Assembly: GCA_965153355.1 (NCBI GenBank)
Contig: OZ231126.1
Coordinates: 7,068,001-7,132,000, forward strand
Direction: 5' to 3'
From: Flaccisagitta enflata
Lineage: Eukaryota
Length of the DNA stretch: 64,000 nucleotides
Shown here: positions 26,601 to 42,194 of the stretch, in pieces
Layout: each line of letters opens with the position of its first letter
How positions within the stretch are numbered: the first letter of the stretch is position 1
The notes under the pieces: model-generated
Told to the model about the DNA's origin: nothing
Seen by the model: the letters and a program-made list of their open reading frames with translations, nothing else
Database searches by the model: none
Position numbers and translations under genes: made by a program

Positions 26601-29600
26601 AGGGGTGCAATCCGCATGATTCTATCTTTATCTATTTAGATCAGGGGTGTATATAATTGAGTCGCTTTTGATTTTTTTCCCCCCCCTGCCTTTGATTTTC
26701 TTCCCCGCGATGCGCCGCATTGCGGTTTTTTATCTACCATTTTCTTCCCCATAGAGCTATAAGACAATGTAGTTAAGGTTTAAATAGTGTTAAAATGTGT
26801 TTTACTAATTAGGTTTTATGATTTTGTACTGTCAAAAGTTATATTTTCCCCAAATTTCTTTTTTTTCTCTTTTTCCCCCCTTAGATTTTCTTCCCCTTCT
26901 CCAGACCCTTTGATTTTTTTCCCCCCCCCACCGGGGGGGGGAAAACTCAATTATATACAGGCCTGATTTAGATTAAAGAGAGTTTTTAGTCGCGTGCACG
27001 CGACTCTACACCCCGCTTTGTCGGTCTGTCCGTCGGTCCGTCGGTCCGTCCATCGGTCCGTCCGTCCGTCCGTTGGTCCGTCCGTCACACTTTACTTTTT
27101 TTGTAATAAAGCGTCAACTCTTAGGTCATTTTAAGTCTTTTTCAGTCATTAATAGTTATTCTAAGTCATTTTGAGTCATTCTAAGTCATTTTAAGTTATT
27201 CAAAGTCATTTTAAGTTATTTTAAGTCATTTTTGGTCGTTAGGTTTTTTAGACATTTTGGACATTAGAAGTCATTCTAAGTCGTTCTAAGTCATTCTACG
27301 TCATTTTAAGTCATTCTAAGTTCTTCTTACCCTGTAAATCTCGCACGCGACTTATAGGTGTTGGCCTTGTTAAGAAAGGGCTTATGAGGGCTACTATGCA
27401 GCATGAAATCGGGGGGAAATTTTTCATGTTTTTCACTCTTTCTTGGCTTTGGATGAACTGATTTAAAAAGAAAAATTGGTGACCTTATTGAAGATTTTTT
27501 GATGCCCAAGCAGATCCTGGAAAAATCTTATGGTCAATATGGCTTCAAGAAATTTTTATTCACTCTCAAAATAAAGGTAAAAAGTCAAATTTTAATGTCG
27601 ATTGGGCTATTTCTTATTGTAAAATTGGGCTACTTGTAATTGAAAATTGGCTTAAAATTCATGAGCAAATCAAACCACTGCTCAAGAGTAATTCAAAGGT
27701 GCAATTGGCTTGTCAAAACAGTTCTATGTCTAGATTGACAAGAATTTGAAGTTGTAAGGGTTTGATGTCAAAATGACCCTCATACCCCTTCATCTTTGAA
27801 AGACTCTCTAATCTATCTCAATTTAGATAGAAATATGTTATTGCACCACTGGTTAGTAGCAGCACTTGAGCAGTAGTTTGATTCGCTCATGGATTTTGGG
27901 TCGATTCCTACATTGGAAGTGGCCTAGTTTTTAGTTGCGTGCACGGGACTCTACACCCCGCATTGACCGTTCGTCCATCTGTCTATTGTTCGGTTGGTCA
28001 AGTTGGTTGGTCAGTTGGTCTGACGGTCCATCACACTTTTACTTTCTTAATCAATTTTATTTCTTTAAGTAATTTTAAGTCATTGTAGGGTATACTAAGT
28101 CATTCTGAGTCATTCTAAGTCAATCTGTAAGTCTTACACGCGACTAAATGGCAAAAAAATATACTTTTAACACCTTCTACAAGAAATAAGATTTAGATCT
28201 AGGAGAGCAAATCAATCAAAATTCATTCCAGGTCCAGCTAGAGCAAAAAAGATTCTTCAATTTAGTCACTGATTTTAAGTCGGGCTACGCGACTCTACAC
28301 CCCGCTTTTTCTGTCCGCTTTTTATTCTTTGACCTCACCGCTCTTGCCCAAATAATCCAGTGACCTTGGATATGGCCCCTGTCCACCTACACGCAACTGG
28401 GGCAGCCGTGTATCCGGCCTTGTTTATACATAGGTCCATCCAAAACCAAGATATGGTAAAAAAGATGAAAATTGTCCAAATTTCCCCGGGATTTGATGCT
28501 GCAAAAAAAAACCACACAAGCCCCATCTTCAAAACCCTCTCAAATCTAGACAAATAAAGATAAAAATATGCTGTTTGTGCCAATGGTAAGCTCTTGAGCT
28601 CTATTTTGATAATATCATACGCATAGATTTTTGTCCATTTTCAGAGGCAAAGTGGCCTAATTTTGAAGCCAAAATGACCAAAAACGGAAATTTCACTGAC
28701 GACCACAAAAACCACCAAAACCGTTACTCCAGGAAAGTTAAACAAGGTCAACACCCTACAGTTGAGTGCAGTTGTTAAGACCATAAGGCTAAAAGACTAA
28801 AAGACCAAAAGACTAAAAGATAAAATGTAAATTCACTTAAAATTACTTTTGATAAATTAAAATGACTTAAAATAACGTAAGATGATGTAAAACAGCAAAA
28901 AGAGCTAAGTGTGACAAACAGACGGACAGACCAACCAACCAACTGACCAACCGACCAACAGAGCGGGTTGTATAGTCGCGTGCATGCAACTGAAAATTCT
29001 CAACAAGACCTGAAATTGCTTTTTAGTCACGTGCATGCAACTCTACACCCCGCTTTGACTATCCATCCGTCCGATGGTCTGTCTTGGTCACACTTTTACT
29101 TTTTTTGTTGATTTTATTCCTCAGTCATTTTAGGTCATTTAAGGGTAAACTAAGTCATTCAAAGTCATTCTAAATGTATGTCTTGCACTTAAAGGTGTTA
29201 GCCTTGTTAATACTACAAAGTACCAATTCAATCGCGAACCAGGCACCTCCCATGAATATTGATACATTTTATATGACTTGGAAAGTGATTCGATGTCACC
29301 TTGGCACTTGGAAAGTGATTTGATGTCACCTTGGCACTTATACAGACACCTTACGTGAATGCAAAAAACAAGGCCAGATACACAGCTACATATTTGAGGT
29401 CGCTAGACCATTTGGGCAGGAGCAGTGAGGTCAATAAATAGAAATCATGAAATAAGTAGAATGTGACCAACCGACAGACCATCCAATGGACAGACAGTGA
29501 GTCGGGTGTAGAGCCGCGTAGAACGTAATTGAAAATTGAGTGCTTTACCAAATGATGTATGGACAGATGGTTAGATGATCAGATGGATAGATGTAAAGTA

Positions 29601-32600
29601 GGATACACATATAAGGTGTGTATAGCAGAGTTAATCTAATTTTTCTCTCAAGGTTTTTGGCGGATGCAAATTGGACCTACATTGACAGCCTTTTCTTGTT
29701 GGAGGAAAATGAAGAGGATAATAAGAGATATTCATCCAATATGAATCACAGTCTAAAAATGTCTGTGTGTCCAGAATGCCTTTTCCGACATCCAAATTCG
29801 CCAAATGACAAAGAAATTTTTGAGATTGCAGAAGATTGGAGGTAAGTCATGAAAACAATAATTGCAAGTGTCTTGGCCGCCTTTATTAACTACTACCTAG
29901 GAAAAAAGTCTACGTTCACTTGAGGAAACAGTGCATTTATGCCAAAAATGTCAACAAAACGAGGTGCTTTTTTTCTTGTCAACATCATTTGGTGTCTTGC
30001 CTAGTTTATGGCTACTACTGTTTGGCATTGTAACAATTTGCTGAGCCTCAACGTGAATTCAAACAAGATATGTCATTGGAACTTCCCCGTAGCTTTTTAT
30101 CAACCACTCAGCTGATATCACTCATTCCTCTTAATCCAGATGCTTAATTTTGACAAAGGTTATCAACTATAGTGACATTGGGACTTATTGGGATAATCTT
30201 ATGCCAAATCAAATCAAACAGTTTATTTCCCAACATGAACAGTGGTTAACATCAAGGAGTGAAATGTTTTGTCGGGGAGGACTATGACTAAGCCTCCAGT
30301 GTCTAAGTCTATTTATGTCACAAAATTTTTTTTTTCAAATTCACGACGGGCTTGCTCTAGCTAGCCCTCATTGTACAAGAGTATCTTTTGTAAGTATTCT
30401 TTAAAAAAAAGAGAAAGTACAAAAAATGTACATAACAAAAACGTACAGGTACGTTAAATAAAGGCATCAACAAGAAAAAACCGAATAAATAATTATACAA
30501 GATGGTATATGCTACCATATAACAATAGACAGTTATAAATACTAGGTTACAAGTATTTGGGATTCAGAAGGGTGTTGGATGTTGGCTATCGGATGTTCAT
30601 TTTTTTCAAGTTTGATGAGGCGATGTCAGAGCCAGGTGTTCCTGAGAAGAAAAGATGGAGAAAGACCAGAAAAGGCACCCATTAGAAGATCCCCTGCTTC
30701 ATGGGGGAGCAAACTGCGCATTAGTCGTACATAATATGATTAGTCTCAAATCAGTTTTGTGCACAGCTTTCTAGACAATCCATCTTGCCTACATAGATTA
30801 TCATTGCAATATACGCGAAGAAGTGAATTGATAATGAGGATGAATACAGATACCAATCAACATTTGAACCACATGAATATCAACTCAATACAAATTTCTG
30901 TTACAGTACCGTTGTAATGAGGATCCGCTAGGGACACTGTCTGAGAAAACAGACAGGTATAGTGGGGAAGAGTCTGTCCTTTGAAGGACACCCCCTTGTG
31001 TTTACCTTTAATTGGGCTAAAGCTGAGTTTCATAATATGACAAGAGGGCTATGGTCTGACAGGACATGGCCTGTGAGGGCCAGGAACTGTCTGGGTGCCA
31101 TCGAGATGGCATTGAATATCAGAGAAAATTAGTTTTAATGAGTTTAGTTGTAAGTAGGAAATAGAGAAAAAAATGGGCCTATTTGTACCTAACAAACCTA
31201 ACCTAGCAAACCCTATCCAAACCTAACCAGTGCATGAAAAATATCCATTATAACAAAGAAAATATACCGAGACAATAACTTGATTCTGTGTTGACAACAG
31301 CGCTCACCAAAACTGACTTAATTCTCTTTTTCTTCGTTTTCCAAAAAGACATGTCATCTTACAATCGCTCTCATTTCTATATGGTTAAAGCCACAAGAAT
31401 GGGATTGGTCTGAAATGATAGATCTTTCAAAGCAGTTTCTGAATCTCAACAAGTTTTCTTACTTATCTTGACTAGAAGCATAATAATTACTACTTATAGG
31501 TGAACGAAGACTTTTTTCCTAGGTAGTATGTGGGGCTATCAGGGTCTAGGACTGGGCCGAATCAACCATTTGCAAGGCCCTGGGCACTTGAGGGGGCGAG
31601 GCCCCCCTCTACCAAAAGTCTAGCCTTCCCCCCCCCCCTCCATTGGAGAGAACAATAATTGCAAGTGTCTTGGCCGCCTTTACTAACAACGTGGGGCTAT
31701 CAGGGTCTAGGACTAGGCCGAATCAACCATTTGCAAGGCCCTGGGCACTCGAGGGGGCGAGGCCCCCCTCTACCAGAAGTCTAGCCTTCCCCTCCCCCCC
31801 CCCCCCAATTGGCGCACTTCCATTCTGGAGACATACTTCTCTCTACTGGCTATTGTTTTTTGGTTACCTTGATATCCAAAGCTTTTGACATGCATTACCA
31901 GAAATGGCGGCTATCGCCGTGAGGAAAAAAGTCATGAGCATTGGTCACTTTTCACCATGCCTTTGACATCAGTAACTGCAATCTTTTTATTTGTTTGATT
32001 AAATCAAGAGCAATTGTTTGTATTGAATACACTAAAAATCAGCAAAAAAATAAAACTGAGCAAAACGAGCTCAGTGAGCTAGAATACTGAAAAACTCCCT
32101 CACAGATGAGCAGCTATGCTCACCAACATGCTTTCTTGTATTTGCATGCTTAGACAAGTATCAAAACATCCATTCATTTTTCCGATTAAAAACAGAAAAA
32201 AAAATTGAGCCAAATGAGCTAAATGAGCTAGAATACTTAAAAACACCCTCAACAATGAGCAGCCACACTCAGGAACATGTTTTCTTTTATTTGCATGCTC
32301 AAACAAATAATACTTTTCTTTATTGATCCTACACAAAATCGTAAAAAATCGAAAAAAATTCTATAAGAATATTTTATAAAAAAAAAAATTCATAACTCGA
32401 AAAATATTTGTTGCCAAATGAAAAAGAATTATCAAATTTACTTAGAGGGGTGAGGCAAATCGGGCCAGGGGCAAATCGGGCCACTTGTGTACAATAATGT
32501 CACTTCTGAAATGAATATTGGGATAAAAGTAGTGATGATCCTGCTATGAGTTGCACCAGTCAATGGGGTTGTTGGGGTGATGTTTCTTCAGAACTGCTGC

Positions 32601-35600
32601 AGCAACAGCAGCATCAGCACAACTTTATTCCTAACCTATACTGATACGATAACTGATAGATTGTGATAAACTTTATCACAACTTCAACAATTGTCATTTT
32701 GGGTATCTTTTTTGTATTGGATATGGGGATTGGGTCCAATACCTTACAAATCACATCAATCTTTGATACCACTTTGCTAGTCTTGCTTTATGACAAGATG
32801 ATCAAAACGTGGGGCAAATCGGGCCACCAGGAAAGTCCTTTAATTTCCTTGTTAGCAGATTTTTCATGGCTGTAAAATGCAACATTTTCGGGCCCAGGAA
32901 TAGTTCTCTTTTTTCAGTATGTAAAATCAAACGAATTTGGCAATTGAGTAATTTAATCGAACCCCAACTCAGCTCCTGGCATCCTGGCAAAAAATTTTGG
33001 GCAATTTTGCGCGCCCTTAGAGGAATATGCAAATGAAGCTTAAAGTGGCCCGATTTGCCCCACCTGGGGTAAATTGGGCCACAACAGGTTTTTTCAAAAA
33101 TATGTGCCCCGATGGGGCCCACTCTGGAATTCATTATGTCAGCCCTAAACATATGGATAAATTCTACCTTAACATAGAAATGATTTGATTTGGTGGATAA
33201 ATTTGAAAAATTCCCATTACAAAAACCGTAAAAGTAGCCCAATTTGCCCCACCCCCCCTATCCTATTAATTTCATTGAAGGACTCATTCAGCCAAATGAG
33301 TTCCAAAACTTTCTAATAAGTAAATGAAATCCATGTTTCTCTCAAATATGTAAAAAAGTCAAAGACTGACTTAGACTTTTTTCCCAATGATTTCAAATTT
33401 TTTTCCTTTGAATCCTGAAAAAAATATGCACATATCATAGCAGAAGCAGATTGTCCGCAAGGGCACTGATTGATTCTGTAATACATGATCAGATTAACCA
33501 TTGCATCAGCAAATGGTACCAAAATATCACTATATCCATTACACCAGTGTGAAGCTACTCTTCCCATTGGGCGCAAGGCCCCCCCAAACCGCAAAGTCCT
33601 GTAGAACACAGGGGACTTTTATTAGTTTGTTTGTTTGTTTATCCGTCCCCCCCTCATCAGGCCCCTCAGGCCTCAAACTTGGCCTCTAAGACCTCAAATC
33701 TGGCCTTACAGGCCTCAAATCCAGCCTCTGAGGCCTCAAAACCAGCCTCTTAGGCCTCAAACCTGGCCTATCAGGCCCTAAACTGGGCTTCTGCGGCCTC
33801 AAATTGGGCTTCTCAGGCCTCAAATTGGGCTTCTCAGGCCTCAAATCCAAATTCTTAAGCCTCAAACCTGGCCTCTCAGGCCTCAAATTAGGCCTCTCAG
33901 GCCTCAGATCAGCTATCTAAGCCTCAATTTATTGCTCTCAGGCTTCAAATCAGCCCTCTGACCTTTCAAGCCTTAATCCAGCTCTCTTAAGCCTTATTCG
34001 ACCTCAGTTTAGGCTCTTGAAGGCTATCAGTCAGCCCTCTATAACATTTCATCCACTTCTTCAGGTAGGAAAAACAAAAATCCCCCTGTGTTCTGCAGGA
34101 CTTTGTCCCCTTCAGGGCCACTGCCCTGCTCCCCTTCAATCCATTTCACAATCTCTTAAAGCAGGGCAACGGGTATCGCTGACCACATATTGCCCTTGGG
34201 CGACCTGTTAGCCCTTAAGTTGATCCAGCCCAGGTCTAGGAGCTTGGTAGCCATTACTCCATCTATTTTTCTGTTAATGTTTTACCACGCGAATAAAAAA
34301 AAAAGACGCACTTTTAAATGGTTAATTTGGCCAATAAATCTTCAAAAACTATAGAAAATCTTAGGTCATTTTGAAGCCCTTTGAAAGTACTTTCATTTGG
34401 CGCCATTCTGGTATTGCCATCTTTTTTCGTTTAGAAATAGCATCAGTTTGAGTAAACGTTGCCTATTTCAGTTTCGCAATCCCTATGAAAAATGCATTTT
34501 AGCAAAATAGTGCTTCTCTTTGCAGAGCTCTAGCTCCTAAACCGTTTGAGATACAGGTCTGGGATTAGTCTAGAATGAAAGATTTTTTGAAAGTCTTTCA
34601 AAATGTCTTTCTTGAAAATAGCTAAGATTATTCTTTTTATCTGTTTTATCAATTAATAGATAGGTGCGTCTTTTTTTTTTATCCAAGTGGTACCATGGAA
34701 ATTTTGTAAAGGTTGTGAACTGCGCACATCCTGCATAGGCACTGTTGAGAACCGCTATAGGGTATAGCGCACCCGCTATAATGCTTGCCCGCCTATAAGA
34801 AGACATTCCAGCCCCTCAAAATTCAAAAGTTATTGGCTGATTACAAAGTCAACCACTATATTTGATATCAACTTGAACATAGACTTGAATAAATCTAACA
34901 GTAGAACAGTAGAACAGTTGAAACTCATTGATATTTGAAAATTGTTCTTTTGTCTTGCTCTTGGTCTCTGTCTTAGTGGCCATCTTTTGGCACAAGGCAG
35001 AAAACACAAAAAACCACATGAACATCAGGGAATGCTTTGCAGCAACAGCAGCAGCAGCAAGTTGCGGTTTCTTGATTGTTGAGGTATCTATGATAATTGT
35101 TTATATTTTGAAATCAATGTGATGAGTGCAACAACTTATATAGCACTCATACAATCTTCCTAAAAGAAACATAAAATTTTTGAAGAAAATCCAAAAAATG
35201 CAGACATATATATAGTGTAAGCTTCCATTACATAACTTTACACATGAATACCTAATGTGTTTTTTGAAAAACTATCAAAAATACTTAGGTACATTATTTT
35301 TGCTAAATGAATCATATTTTTTCCATTCAAAATGAAATTCTAAGTGCATTTAGAAAAATATGATATATTCTAGGGAAAGGGTACATGGATTTGAGCATTG
35401 TCCACGTACACACTGCAAGTTAAGACACCCCTCTCATTCACTTATTCACTTTAACCACTCATGCTATGCGTTTTTAGCTGAAAATTCCATGCCTTCTATA
35501 AGGCATAGAACTTTTATGTTCCATCAAAGATATTGTAAGAAATAAGGACGCTTTACCATGACTAGAAGTAAAGGTCATAGTTTTGTCCAATCCCTTTACA

Positions 35601-37022
35601 AGCTCAGTAGAAATGTACCTTGCTTTTCAGATTGCTGTTGCTTCATTGGGAGAGTATTTCCTACAAACAGCAGAATGTAGCTGGATTGCTATCCTCCATC
35701 ACAACTCAAGATTTGTGCATAATTCCCCACAGGAAGATTGAGGTAAAGGGAGAGTATTGCCACGTAGCAAAAGTGATGCAGGAAGCCATTGAACACACAA
35801 AGAGCATCACAACTGTCATCAAATTCAAGTGTGGATCAAAAAAAGCTGAAGAAGAGAACCAAAATCTCCAAAGAGCTCACAGCTTGCCACGTATGATGAC
35901 TCATGGCTAAAGAAATACTAATACTGGAAGCTTTCATCTTTGGGAAGTTCCAGGAAAAACAGTTATACTTTGATAGTCTCAACTTGTTGCAGGACTATGT
36001 GCCAGTTATAATGTTTTTCCAGGGCTAAGTATGCCAGATCAACAAAAAGGAATATGCAAGATCACTGTTTAAAGTGACAACATTATAAATCCATCAAATA
36101 ACACTTTCAACAGACAACATTTTAAATCCATCAATAACAGCTGAGATCAGAAAATTGCAATGAAAAGAATGCATCTTTATACTTATAGCGTCATAATCCA
36201 TCATACTTGCCTTGCTCAGCCTTCAATCCTCAACATCCCTTATCAACATCTCTGGATGAATCAGCCTTTGAGTACATGAATTCAAGAATGACCAATCCCA
36301 AATCGCAGTTGCGTCATTTTCACATCAATGATAACATGACCAAAAACCATGACCAGTTGCAATTAAATGACATTTACATCAATAATAGCATGACCAAATT
36401 CAGCAACCTGCGGAGATTTTCTACTGCTGCAACTCAACAAATGAATTCATCCTCAAATTGGCAAAACACCATGTAGGAAATTTCATGCTTCTTGGCAAGT
36501 GAATGATTTTGATATTCAAGTAAATTCATAGCTTTCTTTTCGCAACTAGAAGGGACAAGATTGCTTCTCGAATAAGATTTTTATAAAAACAGATTAGTTT
36601 TGTATAGTATACTAGACTTGTTTATATTCTGAATATAAAAATCAGACGGAAAGCAAGAATGAAGATAGGTCATATTATGCAACAGATGAGTTTGAATGCC
36701 CTGCTAGACCTCATTATAATGGCCAAGAGATGTCCAATAGATGCATCCTCTTTGTATACAAGACAATATAAAAGAAGAGACTATGAAATTGAGAGAAAAC
36801 CCTCAAAATTGTTTTAAGAAACTTTCTGGTTACGGATAGACCTACGGACACACCCTCATAGGGACGCAAGGATGCATCTAAAACATGGGATTTAACCCCA
36901 TGCCAAACCCAAGTCCACCCCAAGTCAACCCTGAGCACACCCCAAGTCAACGCCAAGCCAACCCCGAGCTTTGGGTTGCTCGGGGTTACTCGGGTTGGCT
37001 CGGGGTTGGCTCAGGATTGCCA

Positions 37023-37065
<43 letters not shown>

Positions 37066-37077
37066 AAGAGAATTAGT

Positions 37078-37150
<73 letters not shown>

Positions 37151-40100
37151 TTGTTGTGGTAGTTAAAGCAATTGTGCTTTTCACTAAAGAATTTCTGTCA
37201 ACCCTGAGCAAACCCCGAGCAATCCCGAGCAAATCCCGAGCAGCCCTGAGCAATTCCAAACTTGGGTTGCTCGGGGTTGATTCCAGGTTCAACCTCAAGC
37301 AACCCTGAGCAACTCCTGGGGTTTAATCTCACCCCAGATACAGGTTTTCAAATGAAAATTGTTGGTGTTGTTGTATGATTTTTATGTTTGGAGAAGCTAA
37401 GATTAGATGAAAAAGCCCATCCCACCTTAATCTGGGGGCTGAGAAAAACTTGAGATGAATCAGATTAGATTACATGAAAAGCATACTTCTTGTTGCCCCC
37501 GTGAGAGGAAATTTTACATGAAGAAAGCTGATGGTTTTGCAGAGCTTCAGTTAAGATTTCATCTCACTGGGTGATGGAAGTATGCTTTTCATGTAAATCA
37601 AGCTATTGAAACATGATAGATTCACCTCGGATTTTTCTCAACCTCCAGATCAAGATGCATCCATCCTGATCATTTAAATGATTTTAGACAGGATCAGGGC
37701 AAATCCACTTTAAAAAATTGTTATTTAGAAGTAAAAAAAGCTAAAAAAAGATTTTTTTTAAGATTCATCACACTCAGAATGCAGTATATCAAATCCAAAG
37801 TCACAAAGGTATTTCAGTTCAAGTAGTCCGAAACTAGAGGATTAGATTTTTGTTGAATTGTTTTTCTGGATTCAATTATCTTATTATCTTATTTGATAAA
37901 CAAGAAAAATCATACTATAGTACAGGCCCTGATTTAGAGCGTGCCCGCGTGCCCGAGGCACTCTGTTTTATTGTCGAGCACATGGTTTTTGCTGATGGCG
38001 TGCTCAGCTGGCACTCTCTTATTACAGCAGGCTAACTGAATTTTATAAACGTTGACATTTTTCATTTGATTGCTTAAAGAACAATCATCAGTTCATTTGA
38101 TTATCTCTTTGATTTGTCCATCCATACATTAATTCTTTCAATCATTAATTCATTCATTCATTTATTCAATAATTCATTCATTCATTCATTCATTCTTTCA
38201 TCTATTCAGTCATGCAATTATTCATTCCTTAATTCATTTTTCCATTCACTCATGCATATACTTATTCTTTTATTCTTCCTTTATCTTTTTGAAAATGGAA
38301 TAAAATTACTTGAATTTCATTCAACACAAATTAGAATTTATTTTCTTAATAAGAATTCAATCAAATGAATGGATCATAGATCTCGGAATCTTTGATTGAT
38401 TTATTCATTCATTCTTAAATTGACTTATCTGTTCATACAAAGGGAAATTCTAAACTTCTTAATAAAAAAAATTATCAATTTCTGACTAATTCTGTGTTTC
38501 GCATTCATTCTTTACTGAATGAATGCATATGTTTTGGTGGAATCAGTTTCATTATGTATATTTATATCATTGCTTAATATAATGAAGTGTGAAAACATAA
38601 GTGTGGCACGCTCATTCTCTGTTGGGCACGCTGAAATTGTGAGGAGCGTGCCCGGCGTGCACACTCAACAGAATTACTAAATTAGGGCCTGCTGTAGTAC
38701 TTTAATCACTGAGAGCAAACAATGAAATGTCAATAAAAAGAGTGAAGTACCAGACAAATTGGCTAGACTTTTGATTTGATCATAATCTGAAGCAGAATAA
38801 ACAACATTACCTAGACCTGTCACTCAACCAAATTCAACATATCCTGCAGTAATTTTGAAAAACACCCAGACCAAAGGTCTAGCATACCTGGTTAATACTG
38901 CCACTATATCCTTTAAGGAAACAATTATGGAAGTAACGGGTGGTCTTTAAAAAAGTGGCTTTTGATTCTTTTGATAACACTTTTAAAATTTCTCCTAAGT
39001 AAAAAATTTTTTAGTCGCGTGCACGCGACTCTACAACCTGCTTTGTCGGTCGGTCCATCCGTCCGTCCGTAGGTCCGTCTGTCACACTTTACTTTTTTGT
39101 ACTATAACGTCAACTCTTAGGTCATTTTAAGTCATTTTAAGTCAATTATAGTTATTCTAAGTCATTTTGAGTCAGTCTAAGTCATTTTAAGTCATTTTAA
39201 GTCATTTTAAGTTATTTTAAGTTATTTTTGGTTTTTTGTTTTTTAGTCATTTCAAGTCAATTTTGGTCATTTTAGGTTATTCTAAGTCATTGAAAGTCAT
39301 TCTAAGTCACACTTTGTCTGTAAGTCTCGCCTTGTTTTTTAGCTACCTAGATATGATTGTCGCGTACATGTTCCATTATGAATATTTTTCCTGAGGATCA
39401 ATATTTTCCATTTTATTTTAAAAAAAACTGAATTGAATTAGGGACCACTAAAAGAATTTTGCTTGAATTTGACTAAAAATCAATGATTTTAACAAAATTT
39501 ACTTTTGAATGAAGGTAGTTCAATAAAAGTGGGTCTTAGGAAAGTATAGAAACCAAAACTTCTTGAAAAAAAATGTAATGCACACCCAAAACAGTAATGA
39601 TAATCAATTATCACTTTTGGTTATAAATAGGCAATAATACTCAGAAAAAATCATTTTGGTGTATCATACATAATTTAAATTTATATAATTTAATCATATT
39701 TACAAATTCAGAGATTCACTTTTTCAAATATTCACATAATAAGCTATTAAAAACAGTTTTTATTTTATTGAGATACAGAGCTACCTTTTTTATGTCCACC
39801 CGGTATCTACTTCATGTAAACAAATCACAAACAAAGTAAAGCTTTGCGTTTATAGGTAGACCATTAAATGGCCACATTTTTTTTCAAAAATTCCATTACT
39901 TAAAGCTTATTCATTTACTTGCCAACAAATCTTCTTCTTTTAAAAAAGTTTACGTAGTAGCGTTGATGGCAAGCGTCGATTTACCACAGAAATAATTGAT
40001 GAAAGGGACTCACAGTTTTCAAGCACCTTGAATGTTGATCACGTTGTTGATAACTATGTCTATGAGAACGTGGATGATGGAGCAGCAAAGAAAGAACCCA

Positions 40101-42118
40101 ATATTACTGAGGCTGGATTCACATGGAAGTACATTGTGACATAAGCAAAGAGGCCCTCAGAAGGAGGTTATTTTCCTACATTACAATTTAAATGAAGTAG
40201 CTCACACTATGTTTTTCTTTAAAAGTTGTTGGGCTTAAGCTTTGAGTGAGCATAGTTTTAGCTCAAGCTGTCGACCAAAAAGTTGAGCAAAAAATTCAGC
40301 ACCTCAGGCTTTAAAGCGACAATTTTGAAGAGAGAGAAATGCTGAACTGAAATTCAGCTCTCTACTTACTGAGCCACTGCGCCCCTTTTGGGCAGCGGCC
40401 CCGAAGGGGCCGATGACCTATGCTTTCACACATAGGGGAAATTTTTCCTTCTTCTCCGTCCACCCCCCTCGAAGCTCATATCCTGGCCTTGGGGCCATAA
40501 TCCTAGTCTAGAGGCCCAGATCCTAGTCTAGAGGCCCAAATTCTAGCCTCAAGGCCCAAATCCTTGCCTCAAGACTCAAATCCCAACCTTGCGGCTCAAA
40601 TCCCAACCTTGAGGCTCAAATCCCAGTCTAGAGGCCCATATCCCAGCCTCGAGGCCCATATCCCAGCCTCGAGGCCCATATCCCAGCCTCGAGGCCCATA
40701 TCCCAGCCTCGAGGCCCATATCCCAGCCTCGAGGCCCATATCCCAGCCCCGAGGCCCATATCCCAGCCTCGAGGCCCATAGCCCAGCCCCGAGGCCCATA
40801 TCCCAGCCTCGAGGCTCATATCCCAGCCTCAAGGCCCATATCCCAGCCTCGAGGCCCAAATCCCGGCCTCAAGGCCCATATCCCAGCCTTGAGACCCATA
40901 TCCCAGCCTCGAGGCTCACATCCAAACCTTGAGGCTCGAATCCCAGCCTTAACCCTCAAATCCAAGCCTTAAGCCTCAAATCCTAGCCTTGAGGCTCAAA
41001 TCACAGCCTCATGGCTCAAATCACAGCCTAAAGCATCAAATCATAGCCACGAGGCTCAAATAAGAGCCTCATGGCTCAAATCACAGCCTAGATACTCAAA
41101 TTCCAGCCTCAAATCCCAGCCTCAAGCCTCAAATCCCAGCCTTGAGGCTCAAATCACAGCCTCGAGGCTCAAATCACAGACTCGAGGCTCAAATCACAGA
41201 TTCGAGGCTCAAATCACAGCCTCATGGCTCAAATCACAGCCTCATGGCTCAAATCACAGCTTTGAGGCTCAAATTCAATCCTAGAGCATCAAAACTTACT
41301 AAGCATAGGTCATCGGCCCCTTCGGGGCCGCTGCCCCTCTCACCATCACACATCACATATACTCACATAGGGGCAACGGGTACCGCTGACCATCTAACGC
41401 TTTTGCGACTATTTACAGTGGGACACCTACTGTCTGTTATCTTTTAAATCACTTGGTGTGGAATTTAAATTCATTCAAAGCCTTAAACCATGAGCTTTCA
41501 TAAGAAAAGAACTAAGTAATGTAAATGTAGGAGACCCTCTTTATACTAGCCCTATTGCTCCCAATGCACTGTGCCTATTTATTAGTTCAAAGCTTTTAAA
41601 GCAGCAATTCTAAAAAGTAAATACCCCATATGGCCCCATAGGCCCCCATATGGCCCCATAGGCCCCATATGCCCCATATGCCGCTATATGGCCCCATATG
41701 CACCAATATGCACCAATATGCCATATATTTCTTTTTTCATAAAATAACTGTCACACACTTGCTACGAGAGAAAATACATTGTATATGCCCAGCATTGTGA
41801 AGAAAAAAAACACAAAAATGTGAATGCAGCCTGAGTTTGGAATCAACGCCAAAAATAATGAAATGGACTATTTTGGGCTGGATGAAAGCCAAAAGTTGAA
41901 CAAGTCTGGCATTTGGCGCATGGTTCATTCACTGCCTTTTGAAATAATTGTGATCATTGTTGTACTGACAAATTCAGTTACAATTGCATATGAAGCAGTT
42001 CATAAATTCTATTTTAAGGAACAGTGTAATGATTTGAACTTGTTTGCCACAGAGGCTGCTTTCAACGCCTTTTATCTCTTTGAATTCATAATGCGTATTC
42101 TGGCTGATAAAGGTAAGT

Positions 42119-42194
<76 letters not shown>

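Larger units (their letters stand above)
26350..29250. mobile_element. Old long-TIR element carrying several younger nested insertions
   Basis: 26350-26550 is mirrored in pieces at 28640-28740, 28993-29022 and 29208-29250, split by family A copies. Confidence 0.6.

Noticed and set aside
40390-40443. Hammerhead-like CGATGA-stem-GAAA in the family B2 subTIR
   Set aside because: Core is CCGATGA not CTGANGA, there is an extra G before GAAA, no stem III or cleavage triplet, and the B1 subfamily does not conserve it
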